Below, piece after piece: positions 40,030 to 50,866 of a DNA stretch of 64,000 nucleotides. A model generated the notes under the pieces. It searched no databases, had not been told where the DNA came from, and saw only the letters and a program-made list of their open reading frames with translations. Every line of letters starts with the position of its first letter. Positions within the stretch are counted from its first letter, which is position 1. Origin of the DNA: Acetobacteraceae bacterium (GTDB lineage: Bacteria > Pseudomonadota > Alphaproteobacteria > Acetobacterales > Acetobacteraceae); NCBI GenBank assembly GCA_965246915.1, contig CBDFGB010000018.1, positions 11,617 to 75,616 on the forward strand, given 5' to 3'. A program made the translations under genes and the position numbers.

Positions 40030-42099
40030 TCAGGCGACGGTTTGCAGCACGCCCACGATTCGCAACGACACGCCCTCGTAGCCGTCCAGTTCGATCGTCA
40101 GCGCGCCGGACTCCGGCAGGTCGCCGATAACCCGGCCCTTGATCATGTCGACGATCGGCCCGGCCTGCACGTTCGGCAACGAGATCACGTCGTGGACCGG
40201 ATGGGGCCCGAAATTCAGCGCCGTGACCTGGGTGCCGCGCGCGTCGGCCAGTTCGTGGATCATGACAAGAAGGCTGGGGGCGGTCACGTCGGGTATCGCC
40301 ACCTGCCGGCTCGCCGCCAGCCCATAGGCTTGCCGCACGCTCATCAGATGCTTCAGCTGGCTCGCGAACGAGTCCGGATGCTGCAACTGGTCGGTCAGCG
40401 AGCCATACAGCATCCGCGCGCGCGGCAGCCCCTCCGACGAGCCGGAGGCGGCGGGATTTTCATCGACAAGGTCATACGCGCCGCGCTCGATCCATCGCGT
40501 GTCGCCGTCGGCCATCAGCGGCTGCACCGAGGCGACCGATACCGGCAGCGCGCCGACCAGATCCCACCCCGACAATGCGAAGACGCCGGGCTGAAAGGCG
40601 TTGTACATCACCAGCAGGATGTGGACCTTCTGGATGAGCGCGCGCTGATCATCGGTGATCGTCTCGAGATCGCGGATCCCGAGCGTGGCGGTGATGAGGC
40701 TCGCGGTCGTGCAGGCGACGCCGTTGGTCACGAAGCGGAGGTTGTACGGCGCGTTCTCGCCGGTCAGCCGTTCGTACATCGTCTGGCGGATGTGCATGCG
40801 CAGCAGCCTGCCCTGCCAAGTCTGGCCCTGAAACGTATAGATGTCGTGTTCGTGCAGCGTCCAGAAATGCACCAGCTCCAGGGTCAGCTCGTCATGGTTC
40901 TGCAGCGCGTGGATGAGACAGGCCGGATCGATCTTGTACTCGTGCACGGTGCGCAGCATGAGGCGCAGGAACTCCGTGTCGCCAGTGACAAGCGCGTGCT
41001 GATAGGCCGGCCGGGTGATGAAGTCGTACGACAGGTCGGCGCCGCCATGCGTCATCGCGGCGATGTCGTCGACGGTCAGGTTCAGCTCCTGAAAACTGAA
41101 CCCGCCCGCCTTGCGGATCATGCCCGCAAGCAGCTGGTTGCCCACCAGCGACAGCGGGTGGCTCTCCGACCATGCGAGCCCGCTCGCCCGGGATTCGACG
41201 CCGAGGAACCCGTTGGCGTCGAGCCGCAAGCCGACCGCGCCCAGCGCGTCGATCGAGTGCAGCGCGTCGCCGATGATCATCTGCTGTGCCGCGAATGTGG
41301 GATCGAGCCAGTTGAGCGAGGGCTGGCCCTCCTTGAAGTAATGCAGATAGACCCAGCGCCGCGTCGTGCCGTCGACGCCCTCGATCGGGCCGGTGGCACT
41401 CCAGTCGGTCTCCTTGATGCCCGGCTCGAAGAAGATCACGCGTTGCAGCTGGCCCACGATGTAGCCGCGCTTCTTCAGCGCATCGACCGCGGCGGGCGAG
41501 AGGTTGACCGCCTCGCGGCCCTCGGCCACGTCCGGCAGCATCTCCCAGTCGTCGGGCCTGATCTCGACCATGTGGTAGATGCCGGGATAGTCGCCGTAGC
41601 CCATCTCGGCGAGCCGGAAATCCGCACCCTTGCCGGTATGCGCCGGCACCACGTCGTCGATGACCACCGCGTTATGGGCGGCGGCCATGCGACTGACCGC
41701 GATAAACTCGTCCTGCGTGCCGAATTTCGGGTCGATATCAAAGCCGATCCGATCGAAGCTGCCGTCGATGGTCGACGTATACTCGCGGCCGCGGATCCCG
41801 CCGGCACGCTTCATCGGCCCGGTATGGATGCCCTGCACGCCGATCGAGGACAGCGCTTGCCACAGGGTCGCGCTGCCGAGGGCGGCGAGCACGGAATGGC
41901 CCTTGCCGGTAATGATCGCCGGCGGATAGGCGGTGAACCACACCGAGGCGATCGCCGACGCCGCGCGCGGCCGGGCCTCCGCGTACGGGCGCTGCCAGAG
42001 GCGGCTCTGTCCCGCGTATTTGAGGGCGCGAGTCTTGGCGTTGTGCAGCATCGACTGGTCGACAAGCCATTCGACGTAATCGGGGTCCGGAACCGTCAT
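40030..42099 (-). CDS. alpha-amylase family (GH13) enzyme, trehalose-synthase/glucosyltransferase-like
   Basis: 689 aa. GH13-like segments ([55 protein letters not shown]). Exact specificity cannot be assigned by eye. Confidence 0.7.
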   Translation of the reverse strand: MTVPDPDYVEWLVDQSMLHNAKTRALKYAGQSRLWQRPYAEARPRAASAIASVWFTAYPPAIITGKGHSVLAALGSATLWQALSSIGVQGIHTGPMKRAGGIRGREYTSTIDGSFDRIGFDIDPKFGTQDEFIAVSRMAAAHNAVVIDDVVPAHTGKGADFRLAEMGYGDYPGIYHMVEIRPDDWEMLPDVAEGREAVNLSPAAVDALKKRGYIVGQLQRVIFFEPGIKETDWSATGPIEGVDGTTRRWVYLHYFKEGQPSLNWLDPTFAAQQMIIGDALHSIDALGAVGLRLDANGFLGVESRASGLAWSESHPLSLVGNQLLAGMIRKAGGFSFQELNLTVDDIAAMTHGGADLSYDFITRPAYQHALVTGDTEFLRLMLRTVHEYKIDPACLIHALQNHDELTLELVHFWTLHEHDIYTFQGQTWQGRLLRMHIRQTMYERLTGENAPYNLRFVTNGVACTTASLITATLGIRDLETITDDQRALIQKVHILLVMYNAFQPGVFALSGWDLVGALPVSVASVQPLMADGDTRWIERGAYDLVDENPAASGSSEGLPRARMLYGSLTDQLQHPDSFASQLKHLMSVRQAYGLAASRQVAIPDVTAPSLLVMIHELADARGTQVTALNFGPHPVHDVISLPNVQAGPIVDMIKGRVIGDLPESGALTIELDGYEGVSLRIVGVLQTVA

Positions 42100-42207
42100 G
42101 CATCCTGTTTCAGTTGTCGACCGTCACGCGGCCGCGGGCTGGCAGCCGCGGGATGCGGCGCGCAGCGTGGGGCAAACGGGTCGCCGCGGGCGCGGTTTCG
42201 TGCCCGC

Positions 42208-43383
42208 CTATGACGCGGCACGGCGGGAGGGGGCGACCACGTTGGCGATCACCTCGCCGAACGGCCCGGCGTTGCGGGCCGGGCCGAGGTCGTTCCCCGT
42301 CGTCGCCCGCAATGGCAGCAGCGGGAACACCAGCTCGGCGAAGCGGTAGCACTCCTCCAGATGCGGATAGCCGGACAGGATGAAGCGGTCGATCCCGATG
42401 GCCATGTAGTCGCGCATCCGCGCCGCCACCTGGTGCGGGTCGCCGACCAGCGCGGTGCCGGCCCCGCCGCGCACCAGCCCCACGCCGGCCCAAAGGTTCG
42501 GGCTGATCTCGAGCTTGTCGCGCCGGCCGCCATGCAGCCGGGCCATCCGCTGCTGGCCGACCGAGTCGAAGCGCGAAAACGCCGTCTGCGCGATCGCGAT
42601 CGCCGCGTCGTCGACATGGCGGATCAACTCGTCGGCCGCCCGCCACGCCGCCTCGGCGGTCTCGCGCACGATGACGTGCAGCCTGATGCCGAATTGCAGG
42701 GAGCGGCCCCGCGCCGCGGCGGCGGCGCGGACTTGCGCGATCTTCTCGGCGACGTCGCCCGGCGGCTCGCCCCAGGTGAGGTAGACGTCGACATGCTCGG
42801 CCGCCACCGCCTGCCCCGCGTCGGACGAACCGCCGAAATAAAGCGGCGGATGCGGCGATTGCAGCGGCGGATACAGCAGGCGGCCGGCCTCGCAGCGAAA
42901 ATGCTGTCCGGCGAAGTCGACGGTCTCGCCGCGCAGCAGCGCGCGCCAGACCGTGAGGTATTCGTCGGTGGCGGCATATCGTTCGGCGTGATCGAGCCAT
43001 ACCCCGTCACCGTGCAATTCCACCGGATCGCCGCCGGTCACCACGTTGACCAGCAGCCGGCCGCCCGAGAGCCGGTCGAAGGTCGCGGCCATCCGCGCGG
43101 TCATCGACGGCTCGGACAGGCCGGGGCGCACCGCGACCAGAAAGCGCAGCCGTTCGGTAAGCGGGATCATCGTGGACGCGACGACCCAGGAATCCTCGCA
43201 GGATTTGCCGGTCGGCAGCAGCACGCCGAAATAGCCGAGTTCGTCGGCGGCGCGCGCGATCTGACCCAGATAGCCCAGGGTCACATGCCGCGCGCCGATC
43301 TCCGAGCCGAGATAGCGCCCGTCCCCATGGGTCGGCAGGAACCACAGGACATCCGCCTCGGCGGCGCCGCCCGTCGATGTCAT
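42208..43383 (-). CDS. ssuD: FMNH2-dependent alkanesulfonate monooxygenase (LLM class)
   Basis: [15 protein letters not shown]...[17 protein letters not shown]...LVAVRPG...NVVTGGD is the SsuD pattern; 391 aa. Confidence 0.85.
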   Translation of the reverse strand: MTSTGGAAEADVLWFLPTHGDGRYLGSEIGARHVTLGYLGQIARAADELGYFGVLLPTGKSCEDSWVVASTMIPLTERLRFLVAVRPGLSEPSMTARMAATFDRLSGGRLLVNVVTGGDPVELHGDGVWLDHAERYAATDEYLTVWRALLRGETVDFAGQHFRCEAGRLLYPPLQSPHPPLYFGGSSDAGQAVAAEHVDVYLTWGEPPGDVAEKIAQVRAAAAARGRSLQFGIRLHVIVRETAEAAWRAADELIRHVDDAAIAIAQTAFSRFDSVGQQRMARLHGGRRDKLEISPNLWAGVGLVRGGAGTALVGDPHQVAARMRDYMAIGIDRFILSGYPHLEECYRFAELVFPLLPLRATTGNDLGPARNAGPFGEVIANVVAPSRRAAS

Positions 43384-43399
43384 TCGAACTCTCCTCGGG

Positions 43400-43422
43400 A
43401 TACACGCTTGCCGATCGTGTAT
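43400..43422. promoter_or_regulatory. dyad-symmetric site in the divergent ssuD / dszA-like promoter region
   Basis: ATACACG-N9-CGTGTAT, with a further TGTATCACG half-site at 43428-43436. Resembles a LysR-type (CysB/Cbl/SsuR-like) T-N11-A box. Confidence 0.35.
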
Positions 43423-43478
43423 AACGCTGTATCACGAAGGAACACGCCCGTGATAGGGCGTCCGCGTCGAGGGGTGCG

Positions 43479-44858
43479 ATGGCGATGATCCGCCTCAATG
43501 CGTTCGCGATGAATTGCGTCGGGCATCAATCGCCCGGATTGTGGACCCACCCACGCGACCGTTCGAGCGAGTACAACACCCTCGGCTATTGGACGGAACT
43601 CGCCCGCACGCTGGAACGCGGACTGTTCGACGGCATCTTTCTGGCCGATGTACTCGGCGCCTATGACGTCTATGGCGGCAGTGCCGACGCCGCGTTGCGG
43701 ACCGCGACGCAGATCCCCGTCCACGACCCGCTGCTGATCATCCCGGTCATGGCGCAGGCGACGACGCATCTCGGCTTCGGCGTGACCTCGACCCTGACAT
43801 GGGAGCCGCCCTTTCCGTTCGCCCGGCGCATGTCGACGCTGGATCACCTGACCGGCGGACGCATCGGCTGGAACATCGTGACCGGCTATCTGGCCAGCGC
43901 CGCTCGCGCCATGGGCCGCGACGGGCTGACCGCGCATGATGCACGCTACGACCTCGCCGAGGACTACATGCAGGTCGTGTATAAATTATGGGAAGGCAGC
44001 TGGGAGGATCGGGCGGTGTCGCGCGACCGCGGGAGCGGCGTGTTCGCCCGGCCGGAGTTCGTCCATCGGGTCCGCCACGACAGCGCGCATTACCAGCTTG
44101 ACGCGATCCACTTGGCCGAGCCGTCGCCGCAACGCACGCCTGTGCTGTATCAGGCCGGCAGCAGTCCGCGCGGCCGCGCCTTCGCCGCCCGTCACGCTGA
44201 ATGCGTGTTCGTCTCCGGCCCGTCGCCGAAAGTCGTCGCGCCCCGTGTCGCCGACATAAGACGCCTGGCCGCCGAGGCGGGACGCGATCCGGCCGCGATC
44301 ACCGTATTCGCCTTGGCCACGATCATCGTTGCCGAGACATCCGCCGCCGCGCGGGCACTGCTCGCGGAGTATCAGCACTACGTCAGCCACGAAGGCGCGC
44401 TGGTGCTGATGTCGGGCTGGACCGGCGTCGATTTGTCCGCCTACGCGCTCGATCAGCCGATCCGCCATATCGAGAACGATGCCGGGCGCTCGGCCATGGA
44501 CAACATCACCCGCGCCGATCCCGACCGGGTCTGGACGGTGCGCGACGTGGCCGAGCATGTGGCGATCGGCGGCATCGGGCCGTTGTTCGTGGGCGACGCC
44601 GTCGAGGTGGCCGACGAGATGGAGCGCTGGGTCGCGGCCACCGGCATCGACGGCTTCAACCTCGCCTACGTCGTCTCGCCGGAGACGTTTTCCGGCGTCG
44701 CGGACATCCTGGTGCCCGAGCTCCAGCGCCGCGGCCGCTTCAAGACTGCGTACGAGCCGGGCACGTTGCGGGAAAAACTCGGCGGTTCCGCTCGCCTGGC
44801 GTCGCCGCATCCGGCCACCATCCATCGCTTTCCTCGCGAGAAAACGCCCCATGAATGA
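43479..44858 (+). CDS. LLM-class flavin-dependent monooxygenase, NtaA/SnaA/DszA/SoxA family
   Basis: MAMIRLNAFAMNCVGHQSPGLWTHPRD.S..Y..L.YW..LA..LERG.FDGIFLAD is the hallmark N-terminus of this family; 459 aa. Confidence 0.85.
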   Translation: MAMIRLNAFAMNCVGHQSPGLWTHPRDRSSEYNTLGYWTELARTLERGLFDGIFLADVLGAYDVYGGSADAALRTATQIPVHDPLLIIPVMAQATTHLGFGVTSTLTWEPPFPFARRMSTLDHLTGGRIGWNIVTGYLASAARAMGRDGLTAHDARYDLAEDYMQVVYKLWEGSWEDRAVSRDRGSGVFARPEFVHRVRHDSAHYQLDAIHLAEPSPQRTPVLYQAGSSPRGRAFAARHAECVFVSGPSPKVVAPRVADIRRLAAEAGRDPAAITVFALATIIVAETSAAARALLAEYQHYVSHEGALVLMSGWTGVDLSAYALDQPIRHIENDAGRSAMDNITRADPDRVWTVRDVAEHVAIGGIGPLFVGDAVEVADEMERWVAATGIDGFNLAYVVSPETFSGVADILVPELQRRGRFKTAYEPGTLREKLGGSARLASPHPATIHRFPREKTPHE

Positions 44859-46086
44859 CGGTCCAGAGCCACGCCCCAGCCCGTTCCCGGTCGCCCCTCC
44901 AGCCGCGCCCGCGCACCGGATACGCTCCGACGCGGAGGCGATCGCCGCTGCCCACCGGCTCGCCGAGACCTTCCGCCCGGGCGCCGGCAAGCGGGATCGC
45001 GAGCGGGTCCTGCCGCTCGCCGAGTTCGACACCTTTTCGGCCAGCGGCCTCGGCGCCATCACCGTCCCGCGTCGGTGGGGCGGCGTTGACGTATCGAATG
45101 TCACCCTGGCCGAGGTGATCGCGATCATTTCCGCCGCCGACGCCTCGCTCGGACAGCTGCCGCAGAACCAGTTGGCGTTCTGGCGGATGCTCGACTTGAC
45201 CGAGGCGGACGCCGTCAAAGCGTGGGTCTATCCGCGCGCGCTCGACGGCTGGCGGTTCAGCTCGGCCACGGCGGAGGCCCACAGCAAAGCCGCGAACGAC
45301 CTCACCGCGCGCAGCCGCCGCGACGGCGACGGCCACGTCGTCTCCGGCCGCAAGGGATATTCGACCGCCGCGCTGTTCGCCCACTACGCGACGGTGCAGG
45401 TGTTGAACGAGGACGGGCGGGGAACCCGCGCGATCATTCCCAATCATGCGCCCGGACTACAGGTGATCGACGACTGGTCCAGCTTCGGACAGCGCACGAC
45501 GGCGAGCGGCACAATCCTGATGGACGACATAAGGCTGCCGAACGACCACGTGTTCGAAACTCACGCGCTGACCCAGCGCGCCACACTGTATGGCCCGACG
45601 TCGCAGATCATCCAGGCGGCCATCGACATGGGCATCGCCCGCGAGGCCCTGGCCGAGACCATCGCTTTCGTGCGGACCAGGTCGCGCCCGTGGATCGACG
45701 CGGGCGTGGAGCGCGCCAGCGACGACCCGTTCACGATCGCAGCCGTTGGCGACCTCGCGATCCGCGTCCATGCGGCCGACGCGATCCTGCGACGCGCGGC
45801 CGAGGTGCTCGATGCGAGTACGCTCGACGTGACGCCGGACACCGTGGCCGCCAGTTCGGTCGCCGTGGCCGAGGCCAAGGTGCTGACGACGGAGGCGGCG
45901 TTGTTGGCCAGCAACCGGCTGTTCGAGCTGGCGGGCACGCGCTCCACGCTCGCGGAGTTCATGCTCGACCGGCACTGGCGAAATGCGCGCACCCACACGC
46001 TGCACGATCCGGTCCGGTGGAAGTTCCACGCGATCGGGAACTACTATCTCAACGATACGCCTCCGCCTCGACACGCCTGGATCTGA
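44851..46086 (+). CDS. sfnB: SfnB/DszC-type acyl-CoA dehydrogenase-like sulfur-acquisition oxidoreductase
   Basis: ATG 44851 overlaps the upstream stop (ATGAATGA). ACAD fold; C-terminal RHWRNARTHTLHDPVRWKFHAIGNYYLN is typical of the SfnB family. Confidence 0.8.
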   Translation: MNDGPEPRPSPFPVAPPAAPAHRIRSDAEAIAAAHRLAETFRPGAGKRDRERVLPLAEFDTFSASGLGAITVPRRWGGVDVSNVTLAEVIAIISAADASLGQLPQNQLAFWRMLDLTEADAVKAWVYPRALDGWRFSSATAEAHSKAANDLTARSRRDGDGHVVSGRKGYSTAALFAHYATVQVLNEDGRGTRAIIPNHAPGLQVIDDWSSFGQRTTASGTILMDDIRLPNDHVFETHALTQRATLYGPTSQIIQAAIDMGIAREALAETIAFVRTRSRPWIDAGVERASDDPFTIAAVGDLAIRVHAADAILRRAAEVLDASTLDVTPDTVAASSVAVAEAKVLTTEAALLASNRLFELAGTRSTLAEFMLDRHWRNARTHTLHDPVRWKFHAIGNYYLNDTPPPRHAWI

Positions 46087-46137
46087 GGCGCGACGCAGGT
46101 TCCGTCCGGTGGGCGGGTCGTGCTATGGGCGCGCCGG

Positions 46138-47385
<1,248 letters not shown>

Positions 47386-47464
47386 GCTCGCCCGCTCCGC
47401 TATGCCCGCGGAGAACCTACACCGCGCACACCTGTCCGAGAACGTGCGCCGGCAGCATATTGCG

Positions 47465-47700
47465 GAGTGGGTCAGGTTGACGGACGATGCGGCGCAACCT
47501 GCGCCTCATTGCAAAGCCGGACAGAAGCAATTTCGGCCCAAGTTGGGCCGAAAGGTCGGAGCACCTCGCCGAGTGGGTCAGGCTGACGGAGAAGGTGGCT
47601 CAACTTGAGCCACCTTTGGGAGATCGCCGCGTGGAGCAGGCTGACGGATAAACCGGCGCAACTTTCGCCGATATTCCTAAAGGTTCTGCGCAACCTGCGC
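47465..47700. repeat. three degenerate direct repeats, each followed by a CAAC(Y)T-loop hairpin, plus a 23-bp palindrome
   Basis: The repeats GAGTGGGTCAGGTTGACGGA (47465), GAGTGGGTCAGGCTGACGGA (47571) and GCGTGGAGCAGGCTGACGGA (47629) each contain the dyad GTCAG-N-CTGAC or a near match. Hairpins lie at 47491-47505, 47594-47614 and 47655-47669, and GCGCAACCTGCGC recurs at 47688-47700. The palindrome TTTCGGCCCAA-G-TTGGGCCGAAA is at 47531-47553. Confidence 0.7.
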
Positions 47701-47784
47701 AAAACCCAAAGGGCGGTCGTCCTGGCGTATTCTCCGCTGCCGTCCGTGAACTCGGCATCGAACGAACGAGGCCCAGCGCGCCGT

Positions 47785-48045
47785 CTAAAGGATTTGCAGC
47801 TCGAATCGCGTCGCGCCGGCAACGCCGGAGGCGGGATGATCGACAAGCAGGATGCCTGAGGGCCGCGCGCCGCAGCCTCCGCACCGGAGCCGAGTGACGA
47901 CACGATAGACGGTCTTCGCCGGCGGGAAGCGTCGCAGAGGCAGGGTTCCGGCTCGTTTGCACGCGCATCGGACGTCTAACCAGTAGGCGGATAGGCCGCC
48001 GCATGTGGCCTCCAGTGCGTCAATCGAGGTAGCCGGATGCCCCAT
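47785..48045 (-). CDS. hypothetical Cys-rich small protein (possible zinc ribbon) heading the leftward int-proximal transcript
   Basis: 86-aa ORF with an ATG start and C..C...C.C......C..C spacing (TCGG, CAC, RLRCGGCG). Competing overlapping ORFs exist on both strands. Confidence 0.3.
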   Translation of the reverse strand: MGHPATSIDALEATCGGLSAYWLDVRCACKRAGTLPLRRFPPAKTVYRVVTRLRCGGCGARPSGILLVDHPASGVAGATRFELQIL

Positions 48046-48114
48046 CCCTGGAGCCTAGGGCCGTCGGGGTGAGAGAACAAGACGTGAACGATGTTCATTC
48101 CGGGTAAAGTAGCT

Positions 48115-48221
48115 TGTAGCCCTTTCCACTACAGTTTGGTTCATAGGAGTGTAGCCCTTTCCGCTACCACGTTTTAGTGAAACACCGCGCAGTAGATTAC
48201 GCATCGTCTGTCAGTTATAGT
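48115..48221 (+). promoter_or_regulatory. promoter/operator module of the rightward replication operon
   Basis: Two copies of TGTAGCCCTTTCC(A/G)CTAC lie at 48115 and 48150. They are followed by CACCGCGCAGTAGATT (48183-48198), a 17-nt spacer and TATAGT (48216-48221). The same CACCGCGCAGTAGATT-N17-CATAGT module recurs at 52224-52262. Confidence 0.5.
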
Positions 48222-48254
48222 GTGTCGAACACCACCTGATAGAGAGGCTAGACC

Positions 48255-48872
48255 ATGCTCAACACCATGAGCCATAGCGAGCGCCGGCATGCGAAGCCGG
48301 TCACGAACCATACGCCGGACCAAATCCGATACCTCCGCCAGTCGTTCTCTGACGCGAAGGACGAGCATCTGACCGCGGCGCGATGCGGCCCACACGGCGG
48401 CCCGCCCGCCACGCCCTACGCATGGGCCAAGGAGTGCGTGTATTCGTGGGCAGATGCCCCGTTCACCCGAGCGGCGGATTCGACGACCTACGGCAAGATC
48501 TATACGTGCCCGCTGGCCGGCTCGGTCCAGGCGGATGCCGCGAACCATCAACGCTTCGATGGCCAGCCTGCAGTTGTCGAGACGGTCCCGCTAGGCCGCT
48601 GCGGCGTGACGGGCGCGTGGTGCTGGGGCGATGCGGTCGTGGCGCTGCTGTCCGACGCGAACCTTTGCGACCAGGTCCTCCGGATCGTGGTGCGCCGCGG
48701 CGATCGCCCCGACGCGGGCATCTTCATGAAAGACGGTCGGGTCAGCCGCTTCTGCGCCGACGCGGACCAGCTGCACCTGGACGCGCTCGATGCACAGGGT
48801 CATTGCGCGGAATGGACGTTCGTCGGTGGGGCGGTCCTCGCGGCGTTGGCTCGCGAGTTGGCCGCGTCATGA
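48255..48872 (+). CDS. hypothetical protein (first gene of the rightward operon)
   Basis: AGAGAGG RBS; 205 aa. The stop overlaps the next ATG (ATGA). The antisense alternative is Arg-rich junk. Confidence 0.5.
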   Translation: MLNTMSHSERRHAKPVTNHTPDQIRYLRQSFSDAKDEHLTAARCGPHGGPPATPYAWAKECVYSWADAPFTRAADSTTYGKIYTCPLAGSVQADAANHQRFDGQPAVVETVPLGRCGVTGAWCWGDAVVALLSDANLCDQVLRIVVRRGDRPDAGIFMKDGRVSRFCADADQLHLDALDAQGHCAEWTFVGGAVLAALARELAAS

Positions 48873-50866
48873 GCGGTGCCCCGGCTGTTGCGCGCGCGGC
48901 CGGGGCAACCGTCCTGGAGCGCATGCTTGCCGTTGCGGCGGAAGGCTATCCCGTGTTTCTCGGGCGACTCGTATCCAAGCCGGGCGGCGGGCATGACAAG
49001 AAACCCGCGATGAAAGGTTGGCAGAAGCGCGCCACTCGTGACCCCGAAGCCATCCGGCGCATGTGTGCCGAGTATCCAAACGCGACGTTGATATGCGTCC
49101 GGACTGGCGAGACCTCTGGCATCGATGCAGTCGACGTGGACCCGCGTAGCGGAGGTGACGTCTGGGAGCGAGACAATTTAGATCTCCTACCCACTACGCG
49201 GGTACACAAGACGCTTTCGGGTGGATCGCACTATATCTATCGGCATGCGTCGGGCGTGCATAACACGGCCGGAGCGATCGCGAAGGGAATCGACACGCGC
49301 GGGACAGGCGGATTCATCGTCTGGTGGCCTGTCTGCGGGGGCAGCGTCCGCGTCAATGCTCCGGTATCCGAGTGGCACGAAGACCTTCGCGCTCTTGCCG
49401 TGAGGAAGTCCGAACCAAGCCCCATTTTGGCGCCACTACCATCCGTTGTGACCACGGACGAAGCCCAAGCCATCTTGCAAGACGCATGCATCGTCATGGA
49501 GTGCGCGGCGAGAGGCGAGCGATATGCCGTTGCGACTAAAATAACGTGGGAGCTGGCACCACTCGCCATCCGCGGCGATCTCGACCCAACAGAAGCCGAA
49601 GAAGCGATCGTCGCCGCTGCGGAGGCTGCCGGCGGCGAGGACATGAACAAGGTTCGCGTTCTGTGGCGGGGCGCCCTCGAAAAGCGAGATAAGAAGCCCT
49701 GGATCGAGCCGCCCCCTCCCGAGGAGGACTTTGGCGAAGGCACGGATGGTTCGCCTCTGTCCGGCGATCGCGAACCGGAACCCGTTACCGATGGTCATAA
49801 GCGGGGCAGCATGCTTGATCGCATGCTCTCGCCGGCACAGTGCGAGGACGGTCCGCGGCGGGAGTACATCATCAAGGGGCTAGCCGCGCGTCAAGACTTG
49901 TCCGTCATCTTTGGTCACCCCGGATCGGGCAAAAGCATCATAACGCCGCATATAGCTTACGCGCTCGCGCAAGGTCGCAATGTGTTTGGGCGGCGTACAC
50001 GCCAAGGCCGAGTCCTTTACATCGCTGCTGAAGATTTCCATGGCATGTGCGCGCGGATCACCGCGCTACGGCGAAAGTATGGAGATGCGGAGGACTTCCG
50101 CGTTGTTGGCTGTGGCAATCTGAACGAACAGCGCGAACGGGATGACGTGAAGTCCGCCGTCACTGTGTTCCGACCAATGCTAGTCGTTATAGACACGGTC
50201 GCGACCGGATGGGCGGGCATGGACGAGAATGACAACTCCGATAAGGGAATGGGCGCGGTTGTAGCTTTCGGAAAGGCTCTTACAGCGCTCGGCCCTGCCG
50301 TGATCCTCGTCCACCATCCCGCCAAGAATGGCGACACGCCTCGCGGGGGCTACGTCTTAGAAGGAGCGGCAGATCTAAGCGCGCGACTTGACGTGAAAGA
50401 CGACTCAGGAATCGTACAGGTTTACGCGCTAAAGAACCGTAACGGTGCGTCGATGCAAAACATCATCGACTTCCGCTTTGAAGTCGTCGGTCTCGGGACT
50501 GACGAGGACGGCGACCCGATCACGACGGTCCGGTGTGTCGAGCTAGAGGCGGGCGAGACGGCGAAGCGCAGCAAGAAATTGGCGCCCGCTGCCGCAGCTG
50601 CGTTGCATGAGCTGCGGGCGCTGGCCTTGGACCGCAAAGACGGACGGGTCGCGGAGTCCGAATGGCGGGCCGCCTGCGTCGAAGGGCGTCGGGTTAGCGC
50701 GATGGAAGACGCGGCCAGCCGCGCGAAAGCGTTCACCCGCGCCGTGACGGCCCTAACCCGTAGCGGCATCGTCGGTTCAAGTTCGGGCAACGTCTGGGTT
50801 ATCGAGGGCGCAAGTGCCTCCCTTGCCGATCTCGTCTCGGGATCTCCAGAGGAGGACTTCGCATGA
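48869..50866 (+). CDS. bifunctional Prim-Pol primase/polymerase with C-terminal RecA-like AAA (RepA/AAA_25-type) domain
   Basis: Prim-Pol N-terminus (YPVFL..., IDAVDVDPRSGG, SGGSHYIYR, KGIDTRGTGGFIVWWP). Walker A GHPGSGKS, Walker B LVVIDT, then ILVHHPAKNG. ATG 48869 chosen; the track ORF begins 162 codons earlier in non-protein-like sequence. Confidence 0.85.
   Translation: MSGAPAVARAAGATVLERMLAVAAEGYPVFLGRLVSKPGGGHDKKPAMKGWQKRATRDPEAIRRMCAEYPNATLICVRTGETSGIDAVDVDPRSGGDVWERDNLDLLPTTRVHKTLSGGSHYIYRHASGVHNTAGAIAKGIDTRGTGGFIVWWPVCGGSVRVNAPVSEWHEDLRALAVRKSEPSPILAPLPSVVTTDEAQAILQDACIVMECAARGERYAVATKITWELAPLAIRGDLDPTEAEEAIVAAAEAAGGEDMNKVRVLWRGALEKRDKKPWIEPPPPEEDFGEGTDGSPLSGDREPEPVTDGHKRGSMLDRMLSPAQCEDGPRREYIIKGLAARQDLSVIFGHPGSGKSIITPHIAYALAQGRNVFGRRTRQGRVLYIAAEDFHGMCARITALRRKYGDAEDFRVVGCGNLNEQRERDDVKSAVTVFRPMLVVIDTVATGWAGMDENDNSDKGMGAVVAFGKALTALGPAVILVHHPAKNGDTPRGGYVLEGAADLSARLDVKDDSGIVQVYALKNRNGASMQNIIDFRFEVVGLGTDEDGDPITTVRCVELEAGETAKRSKKLAPAAAAALHELRALALDRKDGRVAESEWRAACVEGRRVSAMEDAASRAKAFTRAVTALTRSGIVGSSSGNVWVIEGASASLADLVSGSPEEDFA

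Noticed and set aside
40042-42213. 723-aa plus-strand ORF
   Set aside because: It is antisense to the GH13 gene and is an Arg/Ala/Gly-rich shadow frame.
47465-47700. CRISPR array
   Set aside because: There are only three degenerate repeats with irregular spacing (106 and 58 nt), the repeats differ from each other, and no cas genes are present. The region is interpreted as regulatory repeats instead.
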